Origin: an uncultured delta proteobacterium
GTDB lineage: Bacteria > Desulfobacterota > Syntrophia > Syntrophales > UBA2192
Assembly (NCBI GenBank): GCA_963705165.1
Contig: CAVPJD010000032.1
Coordinates: forward strand, 13,754 to 77,753
Reading direction: 5' to 3'
DNA length: 64,000 nucleotides
Shown here piece by piece: positions 10,175-20,298 of this stretch. The stretch's first letter is position 1, and each line of letters opens with the position of its first letter. The notes below the pieces were generated by a model. It did not search any database. It saw only the letters and a list, made by a program, of their open reading frames with translations, and was not told the origin of the DNA. The position numbers and the translations under genes were made by a program.

Positions 10175-12180
10175 CTAAAGTTTTATGGCTTCAAAAAAAG
10201 CCTCATGAACCGCCTCGTAGGCTTTCCTTGCCTTCTTCGCGTCCCCGACCACGACGACCTTTTCTGCAAGGCCTTTCAGCCTTCCCTCGAGCGGGTTCAC
10301 CGGGACGGTCCCGCAGGCCATCACGACGGTGTCGCAGGGGATCAGCTCGCGGCCGTCCTTCTTGTCAACCCAGAGGCCCTGCGGCGTGATCTCCACTGCC
10401 CTGGTGTGCGTCATCACGCGGATGCCGTACTGCGAGAGATGACGAAGGGCGATCCAGCGCGTCGTCAATCCGATATCGCCTCCCGCCCGATCGAGCATCT
10501 CGACGATGGTGATCTTTCTTTACACCCCGGGTGGCGTATTCCCTCAACCGGTCCGGTTCCTCCGCCTTTGCAAGGAACAGGAACTTCAGGGTCTCGGCGT
10601 CGATGGTGCCGATCTTGGCCAGGTACAGGGCCGTCTCGATGCCGACGGCGCCGCCGCCGATGACCACGACGTTGCTGCCCGTGACGGCTTTTCCTGCCAG
10701 AACGTCCCAGGCGTATTCCACGTTTTCGCTCTCTATGCCGGGGATGGGCGGGCAGAGCGGCTCGCCCCCCGTGGCGAGGATTATGACGTCGGGCTTTTCG
10801 GCCTTCACGAGATCCTCGTCAACCTCCACGCCTGCCATGATGAAGGCGCCCGCGGCCTTCGCCTGTTCGGCAAAGGGCCCCACGAAGGCGCCCATCTCGC
10901 AGCGTTCTTCGATGGCTGCGGAAAGGGGCATCTGGCCGCCGAGATACGCTTCCTTCTCGTACAGGGTTACCTTGTGGCCGGCCTGCGCGGCCGTCCGCGC
11001 AGCCGACAGCCCCGCCGGGCCACCGCCGACGACCATGACCTTCTTCGGCTTTCGCCGCCTTCTGCACGGGCGGGACCTCGAACTCGCGCCCGGCCCTCGG
11101 ATTCACGAGGCACTCGACAGGCTCCATGTTGAAAATCTTATCGAGGCAGCCCTGGTTGCAGCCGATGCAGGGGACGATCTCTTTTGCCCGTCCCGTCATG
11201 GCCTTCACGGGGAATTCGGGATCGGCCAGGAGCGCCCGCGCGAGACCGACGAGGTCGGCCCGCCCGTCGCGGATGATCTCTTCGGCAAGGCCGGGGTCGT
11301 TGATGCGGTTGCAGGCTACGACGGGCTTGGTGACGGCGGCCTTCACGCCGCTTGCAAGATGTACGAAGGCCCCCCTGGGCACGTCCATGGTGATCTGGGG
11401 CAGCAGGGTCTCGTGCCAGCCTCCCGTGATGCTGAAGGCGTCCACGCCGTGCTGCTCCAGCATGTAGGCAAACTGGGCGGCCTCCTTGTTGGTGTTGCCG
11501 CCTGCCATGAAATCATTTCCTGCGATGCGGAAAATCACGGTGTAGCCGGGCCCGACGGCCTCGCGGATCGCCCATGCCACCTCGATGCCGAAGCGCATCC
11601 GTTTGTCGGGGCTTCCGCCGTACTCGTCGGTCCGCTGGTTGGTCAGCGGCGAGAAGAACTCCGAGATCAGGTAGCCCGTCCCCGCCAGGACCTCGACGGC
11701 GTCAAAGCCTGCCTGTTTCGCCCTGCGGGCGGCCTGCGCGAAGTTTGAAATCGAATCCTGGATATTGTCGAGGGTCATTTCCCGGGGGACTTCCCGGGTG
11801 ATGGCCGATGCAATCGGGGAGGGCGCAATGGGCTGCCGGCCGATCATGCCGGAGCGGACGTAGCGGCCGCCGTGGAAGAGCTGGGCGGCAACGAACGTGT
11901 CGTGGCGGTGCACGGCGTCCGTGACCTTTTTCAGACCGGGGATGAAGCGGTCGTCGCTCAGGCCGATCATCTCCTTCATGCTGCAGGCGTACTCATCGAC
12001 AGGGCAGCCCCCGACGAAGAGCAGTGCAGCGCCGCCGCGGGCGCGCTCCTCGTAGAAGGCCACGAGACGGTCCGTCACCTCGCTTTGGTCGTTGCAGTAG
12101 CCAAGATGCATGGCCGGCATGACGATGCGGTTCTTGAGGGTGAGCGACCCGACCTTGATGGGCGAGAAAAGATGTTCCAT
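10175..12180 (-). CDS. NADH:flavin oxidoreductase / 2,4-dienoyl-CoA reductase-like (FMN TIM barrel + 4Fe-4S + FAD), with two apparent +1 frameshifts (~11050, ~10515)
   Basis: LKNRIVMPAM, RTDEYGGS, CIGCNQGC...CLVNP, VVGGGPAG, VIGGGAVG spread over three ORFs; removing one A at each site restores the frame. Confidence 0.88.
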
Positions 12181-12222
12181 GACGGTTCCCCCTTTGTGTC
12201 AACCTTCATTTGCGTTGATTTT

Positions 12223-12503
12223 GTCATTGCGAGGAGGTACCGTCAGGCCGACGCGCGCAATCTGAATGCAAGATTGCTTCGCCTTCGGCTCCCAAGAAAA
12301 GCTCTTCTCGATTTCCCCGCCCTCGACGGGAGGGGATGAAGGGGAGGGTCGAATGGATTGTCAAGACCCCCTCACCCCTGCCCTCTCCCGCGAAGGGGAG
12401 AGGGTGTTTCTTCCATCGATGACCCCGTCCACAGGCGGGGTCCGTGGCTCGCAATGACAGCGTTTAAATTGCCGCATCGGCCAGGCGGCTTCCTCGCAAT
12501 GAC
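12223..12503. repeat. Cluster of GTCATTGCGAG/CTCGCAATGAC and CCCTCACCC..CTCTCCC palindromic elements
   Basis: Several recognisable copies in the MATE-fadH intergenic region. Confidence 0.75.
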
Positions 12504-12566
12504 ACAATCGGGGACTTTTTACGATGACGCCGAAATTTAACAAAAATCGCCGGAAAAGCCCAACGA

Positions 12567-13940
12567 TTATTTCGACGGGGGAGGGGCGGGGTCGGTCTTC
12601 GCGGGGAAACTCCGGAACTCGCGCTTTGTCAGATACAGCGCGCCGAGAAAGAGGCACGCGTTGGCCATGGGCTGCGCCGCCCAGATTCCGGTGAGGCCGA
12701 ACTGCATGGAGAAAAGGAGCAGAAGCGGGATGAGGAGCACGATGTCGCGAAGCAGCAGCAGCGACATGGAGATGACCCCTTTGCCGAGGCCGTTGAACAT
12801 GCTGATCCAGGTGAAGTTGGCCCCCGCGAAGGGCAGCGACAGGGCGAAGATCCGAAGCGCCGGCACGGCGATGGCCAGCACCTCGGGGTCTTTCGTGAAG
12901 ATGCCGATGAGCGGGCCGGCGAATACCTGCAGGAAGGCGCAGCTGACGATGGTGAGGATCCCCGCGTATTTCACGGCCACGTTCACCGTCTCGATCAGCC
13001 GCCCGTAGAGCCGGGCGCCGAAGTTGAAGCCCACGAGCGGCATCACCCCGTGTCCGATCCCCACGAGCACCCAGATGATGAGCCCCTGGACGCGGAAGAT
13101 GATGCCCAGCGTTGCCACCGCCGCCGGCCCGTAGGAGCCCAGGATGTGATTGTAGAAGGTGAGCACGATGCTGATCACGAAGTTCATGACCATCGAAGGA
13201 AAGCCGACCCGGTAGATGGCACGGATGACGGGGAGATTGGGTGCCAGGTGCTCCCTGCGGATTTGATAGGACGAGGTCGGCTTCATGAAAAGCCACAGGG
13301 ACAGCACGCACGTGATAAACTGGGAAATGCCTGCGGCCCAGGCCGCCCCCCTGATTCCGAGCTCGGGGAAGGGCCCCCATCCGAAGATCAGGAAGGGGTC
13401 CAGGACGGCCCCGAGCAGCGCCGCCGTCGTGAGCGCGTACATGGAGTAGTTGGGGTTGCCCTCGGCGCGGAAGAGATTCCCCGCCGAGATCATGAAGATG
13501 AGAAAGGGGGTGGTGAAGAGGTAGACGATGAAGTACTCTCTGGAAAGCGGGAGGATGTCCTCCGTGGCGCCGAAGAGTTTCAGGATGGCGTCGTGGAAGA
13601 TCAGCCCGGGCGCGATGACCACGGCGCTGATGAAGATCGACAGAAAGATGATCTGCCCGGCCGTCTGGTTTGCTTTTTCGTTGTCGCCAGCGCCGAACAT
13701 GCGCGCCGCGTAGGAACCGGCGCCCACGCCGGTTCCCACCCCGAACCCGCCGAAGAGCATCTGGATGGGGAAGGCGATAGTCACCGCGGCGATGGTCTGA
13801 GGGCCGAGCCGCGAGAGCCAGAAGATGTCGACAAAGTTGTAAAAAGCCATCACCAGCATGGCGGTGATGGATGGCAGGCTCATTTTCCAGAGAAGCGAAC
13901 CCACGGGTTCGTTGCGCAGATCGAGCTGTGATTTTTTCAT
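12567..13940 (-). CDS. MATE family efflux transporter
   Basis: About 12 TM helices; YNFVDIFW, LDPFLIFG...GIRGAAWA, VGFNFGA. Confidence 0.92.
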   Translation of the reverse strand: MKKSQLDLRNEPVGSLLWKMSLPSITAMLVMAFYNFVDIFWLSRLGPQTIAAVTIAFPIQMLFGGFGVGTGVGAGSYAARMFGAGDNEKANQTAGQIIFLSIFISAVVIAPGLIFHDAILKLFGATEDILPLSREYFIVYLFTTPFLIFMISAGNLFRAEGNPNYSMYALTTAALLGAVLDPFLIFGWGPFPELGIRGAAWAAGISQFITCVLSLWLFMKPTSSYQIRREHLAPNLPVIRAIYRVGFPSMVMNFVISIVLTFYNHILGSYGPAAVATLGIIFRVQGLIIWVLVGIGHGVMPLVGFNFGARLYGRLIETVNVAVKYAGILTIVSCAFLQVFAGPLIGIFTKDPEVLAIAVPALRIFALSLPFAGANFTWISMFNGLGKGVISMSLLLLRDIVLLIPLLLLFSMQFGLTGIWAAQPMANACLFLGALYLTKREFRSFPAKTDPAPPPSK

Positions 13941-14196
13941 CGGGTATTTGACGGCTCCGGCCAAAGCGGATATAACTGGCCTGCAAAAAAACTAACACGT
14001 CAACCCGCAAAAAGCAAACTGCCGCGAAGCGGCAGGGAAGAAGAAGGGACCAGGGACGAGGGTGTAGGGACCAGAAAATACAAAAGAGTCATTGCGAGCC
14101 GAGCCCCTAGCAAACCCCTTCCATAATCTCCCTCTCCCTTGAGGGGAGAGGGTTGGGGTGAGGGTGAAAAAAGGTACGGGGATCAGTCCCCCTCAC

Positions 14197-15492
14197 TGTG
14201 CAACCCGGATCATCGTTTACAGTTTAATCCGGGCACATGGTTTACACTTTTTGAGGTCGATATTGGCTCCATTTCTTCACAGAGCGAGACCCTGCATGAT
14301 ACACGGCCAGCGGGACAGGACCAAAATGAATCGCCCAAAGGTCATGGTCGATCTGCCTCAGACCCACCGGCTCTCCGATCAGGGCTTCGCTCAGGAAGAG
14401 CATCTGGCCAGCCCACTTGATCTGCCCGTTGGAGCGGACCCGGCGGACTTCAACGCCCGACCCATATTCAACCTCCGGCAGACGCTCCGGGAACCGTCGC
14501 TCCGATGCCCGGTAGCACTCCGCAGGCGTTTGCATTCCCAAGGACTCGTGCGGCCGCAGCTCGTTGTACTCGTGCCGGAACCGCTCCAAGGCCTTCTGCT
14601 GGGCCCGCAGCGTCGCTTTGGGCGGCTGCGCCACGGCTTCCTTGAGCGTTTTATGCATCCTCTCATGCCGAGCGTTTTCCTCGGGGTGACCCGGACGGAT
14701 CCGCTCCGGCCAGATCCCGAGCCTCACCCACCAGACCGACAGTCTCGACAATCCTCCCAAGCCCACACTGGCGAAGGGAGGCCCATTGTCGGTGCGGATC
14801 GCCCAGGGCAGACCGTACTCCCGGAACGCACGCTCGAACTCAGGCCGCACATGCTCATACCGGGTGCTTTCCAGCTCGTGGCAGCAAAGCAGATACCGGC
14901 TCACCCAGTCCGAGGCCGTCAGCGGGTCGATCCGGCAGCCGTCACCGGTCTTGAACCAGCCCTTGAAGTCCGCCGCCCAGATGTCGTTGGGGCTGACCCC
15001 CTCATGCCAGGGCCCCTCGTAGCCCGGCGTCTGTCGGCGAGCCCGGCGCCCCTGCGTCAAGCCGTGACGCTTCAGGATCTCTCCGGCCGTGCTCGTCGCC
15101 GGCCACCGTGGATCGGGAGTCTTCCTTCTTCAGCCGCGCCAGCAGCTTGCGCGGTCCCCACAGGGGATGGCGTTGACGCAAAGCGATAATCCGCGCTTCA
15201 ATCGTGACAGGCGTCTGGTTGGGATGCTGCTTCGGGGCGCGGCTCCTCTCCAGAAGACCGGCTGGCCCATAGAGCGCGTAGCGCTCAAGCCACTTGTAGG
15301 CCGTGGGCCTGCTGATTCCATAGCAGCGGCAAAGCTCGCTCAAAGAACTTTCTTGCCGCAAATGCTCTGCGACAAACTTGATTCGTTCATCCATGGCACA
15401 GGTCTCTTTCCAGGGCATCGGGATGTCCTCCTTGCCCTATGTTGTAAACCATGTGCCCGGTCTAGTTTGTAAACTATGTACCCGGTTTGTAC
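14197..15492 (-). mobile_element. IS481-family insertion sequence
   Basis: ~50-bp imperfect terminal inverted repeats, each with two CCGG..CAT.GTTTACA-type subrepeats; flanking direct repeat (C)CTCAC at 14191-14196 and 15492-15497; exact right end uncertain by 1-2 nt. Confidence 0.88.
14242..15418 (-). CDS. IS481-family DDE transposase, with one apparent +1 frameshift (~15118)
   Basis: MPWKETCAMDER..HTH N-terminus; WAADFKG, RTDNGPPF, ENARHERMH, YN..RPHESL. Confidence 0.88.
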
Positions 15493-15644
15493 CTCACCTC
15501 GGTCCTCTCCCTCGAGGGGAGAGGAAGATCAAGGTATAGGGTATTAATAGGCGTGGCAATCTACGTTTGAGAAGGATTCTTCAGATTGCTTCGCTTTGCT
15601 CGCAATGACAATCAGGGAGTGATTGCGAGGAAGCCGGCAGTAAT

Positions 15645-15730
15645 GAGCCGGCAGCCAACAGCCAAAAGCGAAAAGCCTGCAATGAATCTTTACTGTAGGC
15701 TGTCGGCTGTAGACTGTAGACTGTAGACTT
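15645..15730 (+). repeat. ACAGCCR/CTGTAGR inverted heptamer element
   Basis: Conserved spacer AAAAGCGAAAAGCC..TGAATCTTTACTGTAGG. Confidence 0.85.
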
Positions 15731-15754
15731 CTTCGTAATACATAATTGAGATCA

Positions 15755-16669
15755 ATGGAAACTGAAAAGAAACATAACCTAATCGTCATCCTCGGGCCCA
15801 CGGCGTCGGGCAAGACGCGACTTGCCGCTAGGCTTGCCGCCGCGATCGGGGCGGAACTTATTTCCGCCGATTCCCGCCAGGTCTACCGGGGAATGGACAT
15901 CGGGACGGGAAAGGACCTCGGCGAGTATATCGTCGACGGCGTGCCCGTGCCCTATCACCTCATCGATGTCGCCGAGCCCGGCCACCTCTTCAGCGTATTC
16001 GAGTTCCAGCAGCGCTTCTACGAATGCTTTCGTGAGATCACGGCTCGCGGCAGGATGCCGATCGTCGTGGGCGGGACGGGCCTCTACATCGAGTCGATCC
16101 TGCGGGAGTACCGGATGCTTCCCGTACCGGAAAACGCAGCCCTGAGAGAGGAACTGAAAGGGCAGGGGATGGAGGAGTTGGCCGCGAGGCTTCTTCACCT
16201 GAACCCCGCCCTGCACAACACGACGGATCTCACCGGGAGAGAGCGCCTGGTCCGCGCCATCGAGATTGCCGAGCACACGTCAAAGCACGGATCGAAGGAA
16301 GTGATCGAGCGGCCGGACATCGTCCCCCTGGTGATCGGGGTCCGCTGGGATCGCGCGGTGCTGCGCGAGCGGATCACGAAGCGCCTGAAGGAGCGATTAG
16401 AGCAGGGCATGATCGAGGAGGTGCAGAGGCTTCACGATTCAGGCATCTCATGGGAGCGCCTGGACGAGATGGGCCTGGAGTACCGCTACGTGAGCCTCTA
16501 CCTCCAGGGCAAACTTACCTTCGAAGAGATGTTCAAGACCCTGAACATCCGAATCCACCAATTCGCCAAACGCCAGGACACCTGGTTCCGGGGCATGGAG
16601 CGCCGGGGGATCACGATCCGGTGGATCGAGGGAGCCGATGAGGCCGCATTGCAGGAACTGGTATTATAA
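15755..16669 (+). CDS. miaA: tRNA dimethylallyltransferase
   Basis: GPTASGKT, SADSRQVYRGMDIGTGK, VGGTGLY, FAKRQ.TWFR. Confidence 0.93.
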   Translation: METEKKHNLIVILGPTASGKTRLAARLAAAIGAELISADSRQVYRGMDIGTGKDLGEYIVDGVPVPYHLIDVAEPGHLFSVFEFQQRFYECFREITARGRMPIVVGGTGLYIESILREYRMLPVPENAALREELKGQGMEELAARLLHLNPALHNTTDLTGRERLVRAIEIAEHTSKHGSKEVIERPDIVPLVIGVRWDRAVLRERITKRLKERLEQGMIEEVQRLHDSGISWERLDEMGLEYRYVSLYLQGKLTFEEMFKTLNIRIHQFAKRQDTWFRGMERRGITIRWIEGADEAALQELVL

Positions 16670-16671
16670 AA

Positions 16672-16935
16672 AGTGTCTTAGTGTCTAAGTGCCTGAGTGT
16701 CTGAGTGAAGAAGAGGGGACTAGGGACGAGGTTTTTCGGGACGAGGAAATTTAAAAACATGCGTCATTGCGAGTAAAGCGAAGCAATCTCAAATTTGGAT
16801 TTATCGTACTCGTACTCCCCAAAAGAACCAGCAGAAGGAAGGGTCATTGCGAGGAGGCCTTCAGGCCGACGCGGCATATCTCAGTATTTCCAATAACTTA
16901 TGAGATTGCTTCGTCGCTTTCGCTCCTCGCAATGA
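16672..16935. repeat. AGTGTCTR octamer array plus two GTCATTGCGAG elements
   Basis: Begins immediately after the miaA stop. Confidence 0.8.
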
Positions 16936-17015
16936 CATTATGATACATTTATTTCGTTATTTTATCTCTTAAGTTACACATCATCCGTTTCATTCGCCTC
17001 AAGTTATCCACAGAT

Positions 17016-17203
17016 TGTCAGTTCTTTTTACAAATCCCCAAAATTTCATAATAATGAATAAAATTGTGTATATAAGAGCAATCATTGAAGTGCTTTCCAG
17101 TATTGGTGTCGGTCCGCTTTACGAATGCAAGCAGCCGGAAAAGAATGATAATCTGAATATTGTAATGATATCAGGGTGTTCGGAAAACGGTACGCAAGTT
17201 GCT
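17016..17203 (+). promoter_or_regulatory. Two TGTC-N-TTACR enhancer-like boxes (17016-17032, 17107-17123) plus sigma-54 site (17188-17203)
   Basis: CGGTACGCAAGTTGCT is GG-N10-GC; spacing is conserved at the next gene. Confidence 0.75.
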
Positions 17204-17356
17204 CATGTGGGGATCGAGGATCTCCGTTCAAGTCGCCGAAAAATAGTACTTTTGTATCAGGCGGATGAGGGAAAGGGAAGGTGGTCAGAGGACGGAACGC
17301 GTCTAGACGCGAGTTGAACCTTTTGACGATTTGTTGAAGGAGGGAGAAAACAAGCA

Positions 17357-18331
17357 ATGACAATATCAAGGGTAAAGTATGACAGGTTCAAGATCTCCAT
17401 ATTATTCATGGTATTCTGTTTATGCTTTGCGTTACCAATATTTGCCGAAGGAGCGGCTATAGGCGAAGGAACGACGAATCTGAATGTTTCTACTGACAGC
17501 AGTTCTTATTGGGGATGGTCTACGGTAAACCAATACTTTAATACAGATTATGACAACTATCGAAATACCATGTGGGGTGGAGTCAACAACCCACCACCAT
17601 ATGGCACCATGTTTAAGGAAATCGGGTACAACGGCTACGGTCCCGGTTCTACTCATCGTATTTCGGAAATAAATGCTGATCCAAATAAAACATATAATCA
17701 GCCATTGCCATATGGCAGTAGCCTCAACTCACAGTTCTCGTCTGGAAGTAATCCTAGCGGATATGTCGCTACATCAACAAATACAGTTTTAGCGCAAATA
17801 CCGAATCCTACCTACAGAGAGGCTTATACCGGCGGTCAGCAGTCTCTTGTCCTGTATTTTGATAAGGCTTCGACTTTCGATTTTTCATTTAATGCAACAA
17901 CGAATTGGAAGAATCTATCAACACTCCTAAATTCAGATACTCACCGCTGGACATACGTAGGATGGGGCGTCAGCTTATACGGATTTTTTTATGACAGTCT
18001 GGATAATCAGGTTGGAGATGCAAACCTTCTTTATAACTATAACTTTAATGGAAATCCCTGGCTGTTTGAAAAGGATTATGTTGAGAATATGCAGTGGGGT
18101 AGCTATGAGCTGACAGATACAACAGGCCAACAGACATTCTCTATCGATCCTAGCCAATACGTACAGGGTGCAGTGCGTGGGCTTTATATGTTGTCTTTCA
18201 ACGTATCCCAATTCGCTTATGAAATAAATTACGATCCGCAGCCGCCGACAGCAGCAGCAGAACCCGCCACTCTGCTACTCCTGGGCTTCGGTGTTCTCGG
18301 GTTGGCAGGTGCGCGGCGATTCAGGAAATAA
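17357..18331 (+). CDS. PEP-CTERM sorting-domain secreted protein (AEP variant)
   Basis: Signal peptide; C-terminus AAEPATLLLLGFGVLGLAGARRFRK; AT-rich. Confidence 0.88.
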   Translation: MTISRVKYDRFKISILFMVFCLCFALPIFAEGAAIGEGTTNLNVSTDSSSYWGWSTVNQYFNTDYDNYRNTMWGGVNNPPPYGTMFKEIGYNGYGPGSTHRISEINADPNKTYNQPLPYGSSLNSQFSSGSNPSGYVATSTNTVLAQIPNPTYREAYTGGQQSLVLYFDKASTFDFSFNATTNWKNLSTLLNSDTHRWTYVGWGVSLYGFFYDSLDNQVGDANLLYNYNFNGNPWLFEKDYVENMQWGSYELTDTTGQQTFSIDPSQYVQGAVRGLYMLSFNVSQFAYEINYDPQPPTAAAEPATLLLLGFGVLGLAGARRFRK

Positions 18332-18359
18332 GGTCGGCTTTATAGCTTAGCGATATACA

Positions 18360-18392
18360 AAGAAGGCAGGGCCCAGTGCCCTGCCTTCTTTG
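18360..18392. terminator. AAGGCAGGGC-loop-GCCCTGCCTT terminator
   Basis: Perfect stem with flanking A/T tracts. Confidence 0.8.
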
Positions 18393-18488
18393 TATTATGA
18401 GTTCAGGGCATAAATATTAAACAAATAGCAAAATAAATTGTATCCGTTGAACTGGCTGTTACCCTCGTGACAGTAATATTCCACAAAT

Positions 18489-18675
18489 CGTCGCTTTTCA
18501 TTACAGTTTTCCGTTAAGGATAATATCGCATATAAACATATACATAGACTCTTATGACCCGTCCTCGACCAGAATCATTGTCGGCCAACTTTACAGAAAT
18601 GAATGAACTCAAGAGACGTCAAATATATATAAGTGAACAATATCGGTTACTTATATAAACGGTACGCAGTTTGCT
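18489..18675 (+). promoter_or_regulatory. Two enhancer-like boxes (18489-18505, 18579-18595) plus sigma-54 site (18660-18675)
   Basis: TGTCGGCCAACTTTACA starts 81 nt before CGGTACGCAGTTTGCT. Confidence 0.78.
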
Positions 18676-18742
18676 CATGCTATGCACAAGAAACACGTTA
18701 AATGCTGATTATATTTTAAAAGATAAGGAAGGAGGAGAGTTT

Positions 18743-19465
18743 ATGAAACATGCATTGAGATTCGTTATGGTTTTGGTGCTTGTACTTGGCTTGAGCAGCA
18801 TGGCATCAGCGTATCAGGCCACCTTTTTTGGCGAGGATCTTGGGCAAGGTGAAAATACACGTCTTGCGGCCATCCCTAATGCTTCGGGAGCCAGAGCTAA
18901 TTTCTTGTCAAATCTGGTGGGTGTCGGGACAGAAGATTTTGAAGGGTTTACTACTGGAGCATCTCTCCCTCAGACGCTTACTTTTCCCAGTGCAGGGAGT
19001 GCAACTCTTAGTGGATCTGGTATGAGTATCAGCACTGTTACTACTGGTACTAATGGTGTCGGACGCTATCCGATATCCGGCGCTAACTATCTGGAGGGTT
19101 CCAGTTCAGCATTCAGTGTAGCTTTTGCAAATCCAGTGGCAGCATTCGGTTTCTACGGAATCGATATTGGTGACTTTAATGGCCAGGTGAAAGTGACATT
19201 CGTAAAGGGTGGAACGACAGTTTATACTATTCCTAATACGATGAATGGACTGGGTGGTTCCGTTCTTTTCTGGGGTCTCATCGACACGGATAATCCGTTC
19301 ACGTCGCTGACTTTCGGCAATACGGCTGCAGGGACTGACTTTTTCGGCTTCGACGACATGACGATCGGCTCGGTTGAGCAGGTTGTACCTACCCCTGAGC
19401 CCACCACCATGCTTCTTCTTGGTCTGGGCGTTCTCGGCCTGGCCGGACTTCGGAAGAGGGACTAA
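18743..19465 (+). CDS. PEP-CTERM sorting-domain secreted protein
   Basis: AGGAGG RBS; signal peptide; TPEPTTMLLLGLGVLGLAGLRKRD. Confidence 0.92.
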   Translation: MKHALRFVMVLVLVLGLSSMASAYQATFFGEDLGQGENTRLAAIPNASGARANFLSNLVGVGTEDFEGFTTGASLPQTLTFPSAGSATLSGSGMSISTVTTGTNGVGRYPISGANYLEGSSSAFSVAFANPVAAFGFYGIDIGDFNGQVKVTFVKGGTTVYTIPNTMNGLGGSVLFWGLIDTDNPFTSLTFGNTAAGTDFFGFDDMTIGSVEQVVPTPEPTTMLLLGLGVLGLAGLRKRD

Positions 19466-19487
19466 CGAAACAAACATTCAGTGAACA

Positions 19488-19522
19488 AAAAAGGCAGGGC
19501 TACACGCCCTGCCTTTTCTTTT
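19488..19522. terminator. AAGGCAGGGC-loop-GCCCTGCCTT terminator
   Basis: Same stem as 18360 and 21152. Confidence 0.8.
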
Positions 19523-19657
19523 CCCGTTTTTGTTTTCCGAATCCCGAATCTCAAACGAGGATTGACGCGCTCCGCATAATCCACCCTCACCCTGACCCTC
19601 TCCCATCAAGGTAGAGGGAGGTTAGGGACAGGGCCTGTGGACCCTGCGCGAAGCGCC

Positions 19658-19872
19658 TCAGCTTTCGCCTAGATACGCCTTCTTCACCCTTTCATCGCTG
19701 AGCAGATCCTTCCCCGTACCCTCCAGGACGATCTCGCCCGTCTCCACGACTTAGCCGTAGTCGGCCACGTTGAGGGCGGCCATGGCGTTTTGTTCGATGA
19801 GCAGGATCGTGGTGCCCTCTTCGTGAATCTTGCGGATGACCCGGAAGACCTCGCGGATGAGAAGCGGGGCAA
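19658..19872 (-). pseudogene. Displaced duplicate 3' end of livF with an internal stop
   Basis: 215-nt near-identical copy of 21231-21445; reads ...ADYG*VVETGEIV...AYLGES*. Confidence 0.9.
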
Positions 19873-20059
19873 ACCGCACCCATTCCGTCTCGAAGCATTC
19901 GAATCAAAGTGGAGCGAATGATTGTAATGTGATTAATGAGGTGTTTTCATCAACATGCCGGATTTAAGCAGAGTAACGAAGGGCAGTCATGAGCCTTATT
20001 AAATATCCGGCAGTTCCACCATTCTTAAGTCAACAGAAGATAGCCCTAAAGTGAAATAG

Positions 20060-20256
20060 TGTCGAAAAAATTTACAAATCGCATATTTCGAATAATATGA
20101 ATAATTACAAATAGCTAAAATAATATGTAATAAATTTACTTTATGAATTGTCGGAAAACTTTACACATATGAACAGCAAAATGAACTGGTCTTAATCGTA
20201 ACTATATGAATATGAATGATAAAATATTGCTGTCCCCACTTTGCATGGATAATGCA
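20060..20256 (+). promoter_or_regulatory. Two enhancer-like boxes (20060-20076, 20149-20165) plus a degenerate sigma-54-like site (20241-20256)
   Basis: TGTCGAAAAAATTTACA and TGTCGGAAAACTTTACA; TTGCATGGATAATGCA lacks the canonical GG. Confidence 0.6.
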
Positions 20257-20298
20257 GTTGCATTGGTTACATATTGACGGGAAGGGAGGGAGAGTAAT

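Noticed and set aside
17004..17012. Perfect DnaA box TTATCCACA in an AT-rich region (oriC?)
   Set aside because: Single copy, no dnaA/dnaN context; the AT richness is explained by the PEP-CTERM promoter region.
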